Below are positions 13,846-26,000 of a stretch of 64,000 bases of DNA, one piece after another (the stretch's first letter is position 1; every line of letters starts with the position of its first letter). The stretch is from assembly GCA_964016885.1 (NCBI GenBank), contig CAXHJY010001273.1, positions 62,001 to 126,000 on the forward strand. Direction: 5' to 3'. The translations under genes were made by a program, and so were the position numbers. This DNA comes from Eledone cirrhosa. Taxonomy: Eukaryota. Under the pieces are notes generated by a model. It did no database searches. It was given only the letters and a program-made list of their open reading frames with translations, and was not told where the DNA came from.

Positions 13846-16800
13846 GCAGTGGTGGTGTTGGTGTTAGTGGTGACAGTGGTGACAGTGGTGGTGTTGGTGG
13901 CAGTGGTGGCGGTGGTGGTGTTGGTGTTAGTGGTGACAGTGGTGGTGTTGGTGGCAGTGGTGGCAGTGGTGGTGTTGGTGGCAGTGGTGGCAGTGGTGGT
14001 GTTGGTGGCAGTGGTGACAGTGGTGGTGTTGGTGGCAGTGGTGACAGTGGTGGTGTTGGTGTTAGTGGTGACAGTGGTGGTGTTGGTGGCAGTGGTGGCA
14101 GTGGTGGTGTTGGTGGCAGTGGTGACTGTGGTGGCGTTGGTGTTAGTGGTGACAGTGGTGGTGTTGGTGGCAGTGGTGACAGTGGTTGTGTTGGTGTTAG
14201 TGGTGACAGTGGTGGTGTTGGAGTTAGTGGTGACAGTGGTGGTGTTGGTGTTAGTGTTGACAGTGGTGGTGTTGGTGGCAGTGGTGACAGTGGTGGTGTT
14301 GGTGGCAGTGGTGACAGTGGTGGTGTTGGTGTTAGTGGTGACGGTGTTGGTGTTAGTGGTGACAGTGGTGGTGTTGGTGTTAGTGGTGACAGTGGTGGTG
14401 TTGGTGTTAGTGCTGACAGTGGTGGTGTTGGTGGCAGTGGTGACAGTGGTGACAGTGGTGGTGTTGGTGTTAGTGGTGACAGTGGTGGTGTTGGTGTTAG
14501 TGGTGGCAGTGGTGGTGTTGGTGTTAGTGGTGACAGTGGTGGTATTGGTGTTAGTGGTGACAGTGGTGGTGTTGGTGGCAGTGGTGACAGTGGTGGTGTT
14601 GGTGTCAGTGGTGATAGTGGTGGTGTTGGTGGAAGTGGTGACAGTGGTGGTGTTGGTGTTAGTGGTGACAGTGGTGGTGTTGGTGGCAGTGGTGGCAGTG
14701 GTGGTGTTGGTGTTAGTGGTGACAGTGGTGGTGTTGGTGTTAGTGGTGGCAGTGGTGGTGTTGGTGTTAGTGGTGGCAGTGGTGGTGTTGGTGTTAGTGG
14801 TGACAGTGGTGGTGTTGGTGTTAGTGGTGACAGTGGTGGTGTTGGTGGCAGTGGTGATAGTGGTGGTGTTGGTGGCAGTGGTGGCAGTGGTGGTGTTGGT
14901 GTTAGTGGTGACAGTGGTGGTGTTGGTGGCAGTGGTGACAGTGGTGGTGTTGGTGTTAGTGGTGACAGTGGTGGTGTTGGTGGCAGTGGTGACAGTGGTG
15001 GTGTTGGTGTTAGTGGTGACAGTGGTGGTGTTGGTGTTAGTGGTGACAGTGGTGGTGTTGGTGGCAGTGGTGACAGTGGTGGTGTTGGTGTTAGTGGTGA
15101 CAGTGGTGGTGTTGGTGTTAGTGGTGACAGTGGTGGTGTTGGTGTTAGTGGTGGCAGTGGTGGTGTTGGTGTTAGCGGTGACAGTGGTGGTGTTGGTGTT
15201 AGTGGTGGCAGTGGTGGTGTTGGTGTTAGTGGTGACAGTGGTGGTGTTGGTGTTAGTGGTGACAGTGGTGGTGTTGGTGGCAGTGGTGATAGTGGTGGTG
15301 TTGGTGGCAGTGGTGGCAGTGGTGGTGTTGGTGTTAGTGGTGACAGTGGTGGTGTTGGTGGCAGTGGTGACAGTGGTGGTGTTGGTGGCAGTGTTGGCAG
15401 TGGTGGTGTTGGTGTTAGTGGTGGCAGTGGTGGTGTTGGTGTTAGTGGTGGCAGTGGTGGTGTTGGTGTTAGTGGTGACAGTGGTGGTGTTGGTGTTAGT
15501 GGTGGCAGTGGTGGTATTGGTGTTAGTGGTGGCAGTGGTGGTGTTGGTGTTAGTGGTGGCAGTGGTGGTGTTGGTGTTAGTGGTGGCAGTGGTGGTGTTG
15601 GTGTTAGTGGTGACGGTGGTGGTGTTGGTGTTAGTGGTGACAGTGGTGGTGTTGGGGGCAATGGTGGCAGTGGTGGTGTTGCTGTTAGTGGTGGAGTTGG
15701 TGTCAGTGGTGACAGTGGTGGTGTTGTTGTTAGTGGTGGCAGTGGTGGTGTTGGTGTTAGTGGTGACAGTGGTGGTGTTGGTGTTAGTGCTGGCAGTGGT
15801 GGTGTTGGTGTTAGTGGTGGCAGTGGTGGTGTTGGTGTTAGTGGTGGCAGTGGTGGTGTTGGTGTCAGTGGTGACAGTGGTGGTGTTGGTGGCAGTGGTG
15901 GCAGTGGTGGTGTTGGTGTTAGTGGTGGCAGTGGTGGTGTTGGTGTTAGTGGTGACAGTGGTGGTGTTGGTGTTAGTGGTGGCAGTGGTGGTGTTGGTGT
16001 TAGTGGTGACAGTGGTGGTGTTGGTGGCAGTGGTGACAGTGGTGGTGTTGGTGGCAGTGGTGGCAGTGGTGGTGTTGGTGTTAGTGGTGACAGTGGTGGT
16101 GTTGGTGTTAGTGGTGATAGTGGTGGTGTTGGTGGCAGTGGTGGCAGTGGTGGTGTTGGTGTTAGTGGTGACAGTGGTGGTGTTGGTGGCAGTGGTGACA
16201 GTGGTGGTGTTGGTGTTAGTGGTGGCAGTGGTGGTGTTGGTGGCAGTGGTGGCAGTGGTGGTGTTGGTGTTAGTGGTGGTGTTGGTGTTAGTGGTGGCAG
16301 TGGTGGTATGGTGTTAGTGGTGGCAGTGGTGGTGTTGGTGTTAGTGGTGACAGTGGTGGTGTTGGTGGCAGTGGTGACAGTGGTGGTGTTGGTGTTAGTG
16401 GTGACAGTGGTGGTGTTGGTGTTAGTGGTGGTGTTGGTGTTAGTGGTGGCAGTGGTGGTATGGTGTTATTTGTGGCAGTGGTGGTGTTGGTGTTAGTGGT
16501 GACAGTGGTGGTGTTGGTGGCAGTGGTGACAGTGGTGGTGTTGGTGTTAGTGGTGACAGTGGTGGTGTTGGTGTTAGTGGTGACAGTGGTGGTGTTGGTG
16601 GCAGTGGTGACAGTGGTGGTGTTTTGGCAGTGGTGGTGTTGGTGGCAGTGGTGACAGTAGAGGTGTTGGTGTTAGTGGTGACAGTGGTGGTGTTGGTGGC
16701 AGTGGTGGCAGTGGTGGTGTTGGTGGCAGTGGTGACAGTGGTGGTGTTGGTGGCAGTGGTGACAGTGGTGGTGTTGGTGGCAGTGGTGACAGTGGTGGTG

Positions 16801-19800
16801 TTGGTGGCAGTTGTGGCAGTGGTGGCAGTGGTGGTGTTGGTGGCAGTGGTGACAGTGGTGGTGTTGGTGTTAGTGGTGACAGTGGTGGTGTTGGTGGCAG
16901 TGGTGGCAGTGGTGGTGTTGGTGGCAGTGGTGACAGTGGTGGTGTGGTGTTAGTGGTGACAGTGGTGGTGTTGGGTGTTAGTGGGTGACAGTGGTGGTGT
17001 TGGTGGCAAGTGGTGGTGTTGGTGGCAGTGGTGACAGTGGTGGTGTTGGTGTTAGTGGTGACAGTGTTGGTGTTGGTGGCAGTGGTGACAGTGGTGGAGT
17101 TGGTGTTAGTGGTGACAGTGGTGGTGTTGGTGTTAGTGGTGACAGTGGTGGTGTTGGTGTGCAGTGGTGACAGTGGTGGTGTTGGTGGCAGTTGTGGCAG
17201 TGGTGGCAGTGGTGGTGTTGGTGGCAGTGGTGACAGTGGTGGTGTTGGTGGCAGTGGTGACAGTGGTGGTGTTGGTGGCAGTGGTGACAGTGGTGGTGTT
17301 GGTGGCAGTGGTGACAGTGGTGGTGTTGGGTGGCAGGTGGTGACAGTGGTGGTGTTGGTGTCAGTGGGTGACAGTGGGTGGTGTTGGTGTTAGTGGTGAC
17401 AGTGGTGGTGTTGGTGTTAGTGGTGACAGTGGTGGTGTTTGTGTTAGTGGTGACAAGTGGTGGTGTTGGTGGCAGTGGTGACAGTGGTGGTGTTGGTGTT
17501 AGTGGTGACAGTGGTGGTGTTGGTGTTAGTGGTGACAGTGGTGGTGTTGGTGGCAGTGGTGACAGTGGTGGTGTTGGTGTTAGTGGTGACAGTGGTGGTG
17601 TTGGTGTTAGTGGTGGTGTTGGTGGCAGTGGTGACAGTGGTGGTGTTGGTGGCAGTGGTGGCAGTGGTGGTGTTGGTGTTAGTGGTGACAGTGGTGGTGT
17701 TGGTGTTAGTGGTGACAGTGGTGGTGTTGGGGGGCAGTGGTGACAGTGGTGGTGTTGGTGTTAGTGGTGACAGTGGTGGTGTTGGTGGCAGTGGTGACAG
17801 TGGTGGTGTTGGTGTTAGTGGTGACAGTGGTGGTGTTGGTGGCAGTGGTGACAGTGGTGGTGTTGGTGTTAGTGGTGGCAGTGGTGGTGTTGGTGTTAGT
17901 GGTGACAGTGGTGGTGTTGGTGTTAGTGGTGACAGTGGTGGTGTTGGTGTTAGTGGTGGTGTTGGTGTTCGTTGTGGCAGTGGTGGTATGGTGTTAGTGG
18001 TGGCAGTGGTGGTGTTGGTGGCAGTGGTGGCAGTGGTGGTGTTGGTGGCAGTGGTGACAGTGGTGGTGTTGGTGGCAGTGGTGACAGTGGTGGTGTTGGT
18101 GGCAGTGGTGACAGTGGTGGTGTTGGTGGCAGTTGTGGCAGTGGTGGCAGTGGTGGTGTTGGTGGCAGTGGTGACAGTGGTGGTGTTGGTGTTAGTGGTG
18201 ACAGTGGTGGTGTTGGTGGCAGTGGTGGCAGTGGTGGTGTTGGTGGCAGTGGTGACAGTGGTGGTGTTGGTGTTAGTGGTGACAGTGGTGGTGTTGGTGT
18301 TAGTGGTGACAGTGGTGGTGTTGGTGGCAGTGGTGGTGTTGGTGGCAGTGGTGACAGTGGTGGTGTTGGTGTTAGTGGTGACAGTGTTGGTGTTGGTGGC
18401 AGTGGTGACAGTGGTGGAGTTGGTGTTAGTGGTGACAGTGGTGGTGTTGGTGTTAGTGGTGACAGTGGTGGTGTTGGTGGCAGTGGTGACAGTGGTGGTG
18501 TTGGTGGCAGTTGTGGCAGTGGTGGCAGTGGTGGTGTTGGTGGCAGTGGTGACAGTGGTGGTGTTGGTGGCAGTGGTGACAGTGGTGGTGTTGGTGGCAG
18601 TGGTGACAGTGGTGGTGTTGGTGGCAGTGGTGACAGTGGTGGTGTTGGTGGCAGTGGTGACAGTGGTGGTGTTGGTGTCAGTGGTGACAGTGGTGGTGTT
18701 GGTGTTAGTGGTGACAGTGGTGGTGTTGGTGTTAGTGGTGACAGTGGTGGTGTTTGTGTTAGTGGTGACAGTGGTGGTGTTGGTGGCAGTGGTGACAGTG
18801 GTGGTGTTGGTGTTAGTGGTGACAGTGGTGGTGTTGGTGTTAGTGGTGACAGTGGTGGTGTTGGTGGCAGTGGTGACAGTGGTGGTGTTGGTGTTAGTGG
18901 TGACAGTGGTGGTGTTGGTGTTAGTGGTGGTGTTGGTGGCAGTGGTGACAGTGGTGGTGTTGGTGGCAGTGGTGGTAGTGGTGGTGTTGGTCGTTAGTGG
19001 TGACAGTGGTGGTGTTGGTGTTAGTGGTGACAGTGGTGGTGTTGGGGGGCAGTGGTGACAGTGGTGGTGTTGGTGTTAGTGGTGACAGTGGTGGTGTTGG
19101 TGGCAGTGGTGACAGTGGTGGTGTTGGTGTTAGTGGTGACAGTGGTGGTGTTGGTGGCAGTGGTGACAGTGGTGGTGTTGGTGTTAGTGGTGGCAGTGGT
19201 GGTGTTGGTGTTAGTGGTGACAGTGGTGGTGTTGGTGTTAGTGGTGACAGTGGTGGTGTTGGTGTTAGTGGTGGTGTTGGTGTTCGTTGTGGCAGTGGTG
19301 GTATGGTGTTAGTGGTGGCAGTGGTGGTGTTGGTGTTAGTGGTGGCAGTGGTGGTGTTGGTGGCAGTGGTGACAGTGGTGGTGTTGGTGGCAGTGGTGGC
19401 AGTGGTGGCAGTGGTGGTGTTGGTCGCAGTGGTGACAGTGGTGGTGTTGGTGTTAGTGGTGACAGTGGTGTTGTTGGTGGCAGTGGTGACAGTGGTGGTG
19501 TTGGTGTTAGTGGTGACAGTGGTGGTGTTGGTGTTAGTGGTGACAGTGGTGGTGTTGGTGGCAGTGGTGACAGTGGTGGTGTTGGTGTTAGTGGTGACAG
19601 TGGTGGTGTTGGTGGCAGTGGTGACAGTGGTGGTGTTGGTGTTAGTGGTGACAGTGGTGGTGTTGGTGGCAGTGGTGACAGTGGTGGTGTTGGTGGCAGT
19701 GGTGACAGTGGTGGTGTTGGTGTTAGTGGTGACAGTGGTGGTGTTGGTGTTAGTGGTGACAGTGGTGGTGTTGGTGTTAGTGGTGACAGTGGTGGTGTTG

Positions 19801-22800
19801 GTGGCAGTGGTGGCAGTGGTGGTGTTGGTGTTAGTGGTGACAGTGGTGGTGTTGGTGGCAGTGGTGACAGTGGTGGTGTTGGTGTTAGTGGTGACAGTGG
19901 TGGTGTTGGTGGCAGTGGTGACAGTGGTGGTGTTGGTGTTAGTGGTGGCAGTGGTGGTGTTGGTGTTAGTGGTGACAGTGGTGGTGTTGGTGGCAGTGGT
20001 GACAGTGGTGGTGTTGGTGTTAGTGGTGGCAGTGGTGGTATGGTGTTAGTGGTGGCAGTGGTGGTGTTGGTGTTAGTGGTGGTGTTGGTGGCAGTGGTGA
20101 CAGTGGTGGTGTTGGTGTAAGTGGTGACAGTGGTGGTGTTGGTGTTAGTGGTGACAGTGGTGGTGTTGGCGGCAGTGGTGGTGTTGGTGTTGGTGTTAGT
20201 GGTGACAGTGGTGGTGTTGGTGGCAGTGGTGACAGTGGTGGTGTTGGTGTTAGTGGTGTCAGTGGTGGTGTTGGTGTTAGTGGTGGCAGTGGTGGTGTTG
20301 GTGGCAGTGGTGACAGTGGTGGTGTTGGTGGCAGTGGTGGCAGTGGTGGTGTTGGTGGCAGTGGTGACAGTGGTGGTGTTGGTGGCAGTTGTGGCAGTGG
20401 TGGCAGTGGTGGTGTTGGTGGCAGTGGTGACAGTGGTGGTGTTGGTGGCAGTGGTGACAGTGGTGGTGTTGGTGTCAGTGGTGACAGTGGTGGTGTTGGT
20501 GTTAGTGGTGACAGTGGTGGTGTTGGTGTTAGTGGTGACAGTGGTGGTGTTGGTGTTAGTGGTGACAGTGGTGGTGTTGGTGGCAGTGGTGACAGTGGTG
20601 GTGTTGGTGTTAGTGGTGACAGTGGTGGTGTTGGTGTTAGTGGTGGCAGTGGTGGTGTTGGTGTTAGTGGTGACAGTGGTGGTGTTGGTGGCAGTGGTGA
20701 CAGTGGTGGTGTTGGTGTTAGTGGTGACAGTGGTGGTGTTGGTGGCAGTGGTGACAGTGGTGGTGTTGGTGTTAGTGGTGACAGTGGTGGTGTTGGTGGC
20801 AGTGGTGACAGTGGTGGTGTTGGTGGCAGTGGTGACAGTGGTGGTGTTGGTGTTAGTGGTGACAGTGGTGGTGTTGGTGTTAGTGGTGACAGTGGTGGTG
20901 TTGGTGTTAGTGGTGACAGTGGTGGTGTTGGTGTTAGTGGTGGCAGTGGTGGTGTTGGTGTTAGTGGTGACAGTGGTGGTGTTGGTGGCAGTGGTGACAG
21001 TGGTGGTGTTGGTGGCAGTGGTGACAGTGGTGGTGTTGGTGTTAGTGGTGACAGTGGTGGTGTTGGTGGCAGTTGTGGCAGTGGTGACAGTGGTGGTGTT
21101 GGTGTTAGTGGTGACAGTGGTGGTGTTGGTGTTAGTGGTGACAGTGGTGGTGTTGGTGGCAGTGGTGGCAGTGGTGGTGTTGGTGGCAGTGGTGACAGTG
21201 GTGGTGTTGGTGTTAGTGGTGACAGTGGTGGTGTTGGTGTTAGTGGTGACAGTGGTGGTGTTGGTGTTAGTGGTGACAGTGGTGGTGTTGGTGTTAGTGG
21301 TGGCAGTGGTGGTGTTGGTGGCAGTGGTGGCAGTGGTGGTGTTGGTGGCAGTGGTGGCAGTGGTGGTGTTAGTGGCAGTGGTGACAGTGGTGGTGTTGGT
21401 TGCAGTGGTGGCAGTGGTGGTGTTGGTGGCAGTGGTGACAGTGGTGGTGTTGGTGTTAGTGGTGACAGTGCTGGTGTTGGTGTTAGTGGTGGCAGTGATG
21501 GTGTTGGTGTTAGTGGTGACAGTGGTGGTGTTGGTGGCAGTGGTGACAGTGGTGGTGTTGGTGGCAGTGGTGACAGTGGTGGTGTTGGTGTTAGTGGTGG
21601 TGTTGGTGGCAGTGGTGACAGTGGTGGTGTTGGTGGCAGTGGTGGCAGTGGTGGTGTTGGTGTTAGTGGTGGCAGTGGTGGTGTTGGTGGCAGTGGTGAC
21701 ATTGGTGGTGTTGGTGTTAGTGGTGACAGTGGTGGTGTTGGTGTTAGTGGTGACAGTGGTGGTGTTGGTGGCAGTGGTGACAGTGGTGGTGTTGGTGTTA
21801 GTGGTGACAGTGGTGGTGTTGGTGTTAGTGGTGACAGTGGTGGTGTTGGGGGGCAGTGGTGACAGTGGTGGTGTTGGTGTTAGTGGTGACAGTGGTGGTG
21901 TTGGTGGCAGTGGTGACAGTGGTGGTGTTGGTGTTAGTGGTGACAGTGGTGGTGTTGGTGGCAGTGGTGACAGTGGTGGTGTTGGTGTTAGTGGTGGCAG
22001 TGGTGGTGTTGGTGTTAGTGGTGACAGTGGTGGTGTTGGTGTTAGTGGTGACAGTGGTGGTGTTGGTGTTAGTGGTGGTGTTGGTGTTCGTTGTGGCAGT
22101 GGTGGTATGGTGTTAGTGGTGGCAGTGGTGGTGTTGGTGTTAGTGGTGGCAGTGGTGGTGTTGGTGGCAGTGGTGACAGTGGTGGTGTTGGTGGCAGTGG
22201 TGGCAGTGGTGGTGTTGGTCGCAGTGGTGACAGTGGTGGTGTTGGTGTTAGTGGTGACAGTGGTGTTGTTGGTGGCAGTGGTGACAGTGGTGGTGTTGGT
22301 GTTAGTGGTGACAGTGGTGGTATTGGTGTTAGTGGTGACAGTGGTGGTGTTGGTGGCAGTGGTGACAGTGGTGGTGTTGGTGTTAGTGGTGACAGTGGTG
22401 GTGTTGGTGGCAGTGGTGACAGTGGTGGTGTTGGTGTTAGTGGTGACAGTGGTGGTGTTGGTGGCAGTGGTGACAGTGGTGGTGTTGGTGGCAGTGGTGA
22501 CAGTGGTGGTGTTGGTGTTAGTGGTGACAGTGGTGGTGTTGGTGTTAGTGGTGACAGTGGTGGTGTTGGTGTTAGTGGTGACAGTGGTGGTGTTGGTGGC
22601 AGTGGTGGCAGTGGTGGTGTTGGTGTTAGTGGTGACAGTGGTGGTGTTGGTGGCAGTGGTGACAGTGGTGGTGTTGGTGTTAGTGGTGACAGTGGTGGTG
22701 TTGGTGGCAGTGGTGACAGTGGTGGTGTTGGTGTTAGTGGTGGCAGTGGTGGTGTTGGTGTTAGTGGTGACAGTGGTGGTGTTGGTGGCAGTGGTGACAG

Positions 22801-23085
22801 TGGTGGTGTTGGTGTTAGTGGTGGCAGTGGTGGTATGGTGTTAGTGGTGGCAGTGGTGGTGTTGGTGTTAGTGGTGGTGTTGGTGGCAGTGGTGACAGTG
22901 GTGGTGTTGGTGTAAGTGGTGACAGTGGTGGTGTTGGTGTTAGTGGTGACAGTGGTGGTGTTGGTGTTAGTGGTGGCAGTGGTGGTGTTGGTGTTAGTGG
23001 TGACAGTGGTGGTGTTGGTGTTAGTGGTGGCAGTGGTGGTGTTGGTGTTAGTGGTGGTGTTGGTGTTAGTGGTGGCAGTGGTGGT

Positions 23086-26000
23086 ATGGTGTTATTGGTG
23101 GCAGTGGTGGTGTTGGTGTTAGTGGTGGCAGTGGTGGTGTTGGTGTTAGTGGTGGCAGTGGTGGTGTTGGTGTTAGTGGTGGTGTTTTTGTTAGTGGTGA
23201 CAGTGGTGGTGTTGGTGGCAGTGGTGGCAGTGGTGGTGTTGGTGGCAGTGGTGGCAGTGGTGGTGTTGGTGGCAGTGGTGACAGTGGTGGTGTTGGTGTT
23301 AGTGGTGACAGTGCTGGTGTTGGTGTTAGTGGTGGCTGTGGTGGTGTTGGTGTTAGTGGTGACAGTGGTGGTGTTGGTGGCAGTGGTGACAGTGGTGGTG
23401 TTGGTGCTAGTGGTGACAGTGGTGGTGTTGGTGTTAGTGGTGGCAGTGGTGGTGTTGGTGTTAGTGGTGACAGTGGTGGTGTTGGTGTTAGTGGTGACAG
23501 TGGTGGTGTTGGTGTTAGTGGTGACAGTGGTGGTGTTGGTGTTAGTGGTGACAGTGGTGGTGTTGGTGGCAGTGGTGACAGTGGTGGTGTTGGTGTTAGT
23601 GGTGACAGTGGTGGTGTTGGTGTTAGTGGTGGCAGTGGTGGTGTTGGTGTTAGTGGTGACAGTGGTGGTGTTGGTGTTAGTGGTGGCAGTGGTGGTGTTG
23701 GTGTTAGTGGTGACAGTGGTGGTGTTGGTGTTAGTGGTGACAGTGGTGGTGTTGGTGTTAGTGGTGACTGTGGTGGTGTTGGTGTTAGTGGTGACAGTGG
23801 TGGTGTTGGTGGCAGTGGTGGCAGTGGTGGTGTTGGTGGCAGTGGTGACAGTGGTGGTGTTGGTGGCAGTGGTGACAGTGGTGGTGTTAGTGGCAGTGGT
23901 GGCAGTGGTGGCAGTGGTGGTGTTGGTGTTAGTGGTGACAGTGGTGGTGTTGGTGTTAGTGGTGGCAGTGGTGGTGTTGGTGTTAGTGGTGACAGTGGTG
24001 GTGTTGGTGTTAGTGGTGACAGTAGTGGTGTTGGTGTTAGTGGTGACAGTGGTGGTGTTGGTGGCATTGGTGGCAGTGGTGGTGTTGGTGGCAGTGGTGG
24101 CAGTGGTGGTGTTGGTGGCAGTGGTGACAGTGGTGGTGTTGGTGTTAGTGGTGACAGTGTTGGTGTTGGTGTTAGTGGTGACAGTGGTGGTGTTGGTGGC
24201 AGTGGTGACAGTGGTGGAGTTGGTGTTAGTGGTGACAGTGGTGGTGTTGGTGTTAGTGGTGACAGTGGTGGTGTTGGTGGCAGTGGTGACAGTGGTGGTG
24301 TTGGTGGCAGTGGTGACAGTGGTGGTGTTGGGGGCAGTGGTGACAGTGGTGGTGTTGGTGGCAGTGGTGACAGTGGTGGTGTTGGTGGCAGTGGTGACAG
24401 TGGTGGTGTTGGTGTCAGTGTTGACAGTGGTGGTGTTGGTGTTAGTGGTGACAGTGGTGGTGTTGGTGGCAGTGGTGACAGTGCTGGTGTTGGTGTTAGT
24501 GGTGACAGTGGTGGTGTTGGTGTTAGTGGTGACAGTGGTGGTGTTGTTGGCAGTGGTGACAGTGGTGGTGTTGGTGTTAGTGGTGACAGTGGTGGTGTTG
24601 GTGTTAGTGGTGGCAGTGGTGGTGTTGGTGGCAGTGGTGACAGTGGTGGTGTTGGTGGCAGTGGTGGCAGTGGTGGTGTTGGTGTTAGTGGTGGCAGTGG
24701 TGGTGCTGGTGGCAGTGGTGACAGTGGTGGTGTTGGTGTTAGTGGTGACAGTGGTGGTGCTGGTGTTAGTGGTGACAGTGGTGGTGTTGGTGGCAGTGGT
24801 GACAGTGGTGGTGTTGGTGTTAGTGGTGACAGTGGTGGTGTTGGTGGCAGTGGTGACAGTGGTGGTGTTGGTGTTAGTGGTGACAGTGGTGGTGTTGGTG
24901 TTAGTGATGGCAGTGGTGGTGTTGGTGGCAGTAGTGACAGTGGTGGTGTTGGTGGCAGTGGTGACAGTGGTGGTGTTAGTGGCAGTGGTGGTGTTGGTGT
25001 TAGTGGTGGCAGTGGTGGTGTTGGTGGCAGTGGTGGCAGTGGTGGTGTTGGTGTTAGTGGTGACAGTGGTGGTGTTGGTGGCAGTGGTGACAGTGGTGGT
25101 GTTGGTGTTAGTGGTGACAGTGGTGGTGTTGGTGTTAGTGGTGGCAGTGGTGGTGTTGGTGGCAGTGTTGACAGTGGTGGTGTTGGTGGCAGTGGTGGCA
25201 GTGGTGGTGTTGGTGGCAGTGGTGACAGTGGTGGTGTTGGTGTTAGTGGTGACAGTGGTGGTGTTGGTGTTAGTGGTGACAGTGGTGGTGTTGGTGTTAG
25301 TGGTGACAGTGGTGGTGTTGGTGTTAGTGGTGGCAGTGGTGGTGTTGGTGTTAGTGGTGGTGTTTTTGTTAGTGGTGACAGTGGTGGTGTTGGTGGCAGT
25401 GGTGGCAGTGGTGGTGTTGGTTGCAGTGGTGGCAGTGGTGGTGTTGGTGGCAGTGGTGACAGTGGTGGTGTTGGTGTTAGTGGTGACAGTGCTGGTGTTG
25501 GTGTTAGTGGTGGCAGTGGTGGTGTTGGTGTTAGTGGTGACAGTGGTGGTGTTGGTGGCAGTGGTGACATTGGTGGTGTTGGTGGCAGTGGTGACAGTGG
25601 TGGTGTTGGTGTTAGTGGTGACAGTGGTGGTGTTGGTGTTAGTGGTGACAGTGGTGGTGTTGGTGTTAGTGATGACAGTGGTGGTGTTGGTGTTAGTGGT
25701 GACAGTGGTGGTGTTGGTGTTAGTGGTGACATTGGTGGTGTTGGTGGCAGTGGTGGCAGTGGTGGTGATGGTGGCAGTGGTGACAGTGGTGGTGTTGGTG
25801 GCAGTGGTGACAGTGGTGGTGTTAGTGGCAGTGGTGGCAGTGGTGGCAGTGGTGGTGTTGGTGTTAGTGGTGACAGTGGTGGTGTTTTTGTTAGTGGTGA
25901 CAGTGGTGGTGTTGGTGGCAGTGGTGGCAGTGGTGGTGTTGGTGGCAGTGGTGGCAGTGGTGGTGTTAGTGGCAGTGGTGACAGTGGTGGTGTTGGTGTT

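Noticed and set aside
24705-24712. Chi-like GCTGGTGG octamers in a few variant units
   Set aside because: Single-base derivatives of the repeat; Chi has no established role in this context.
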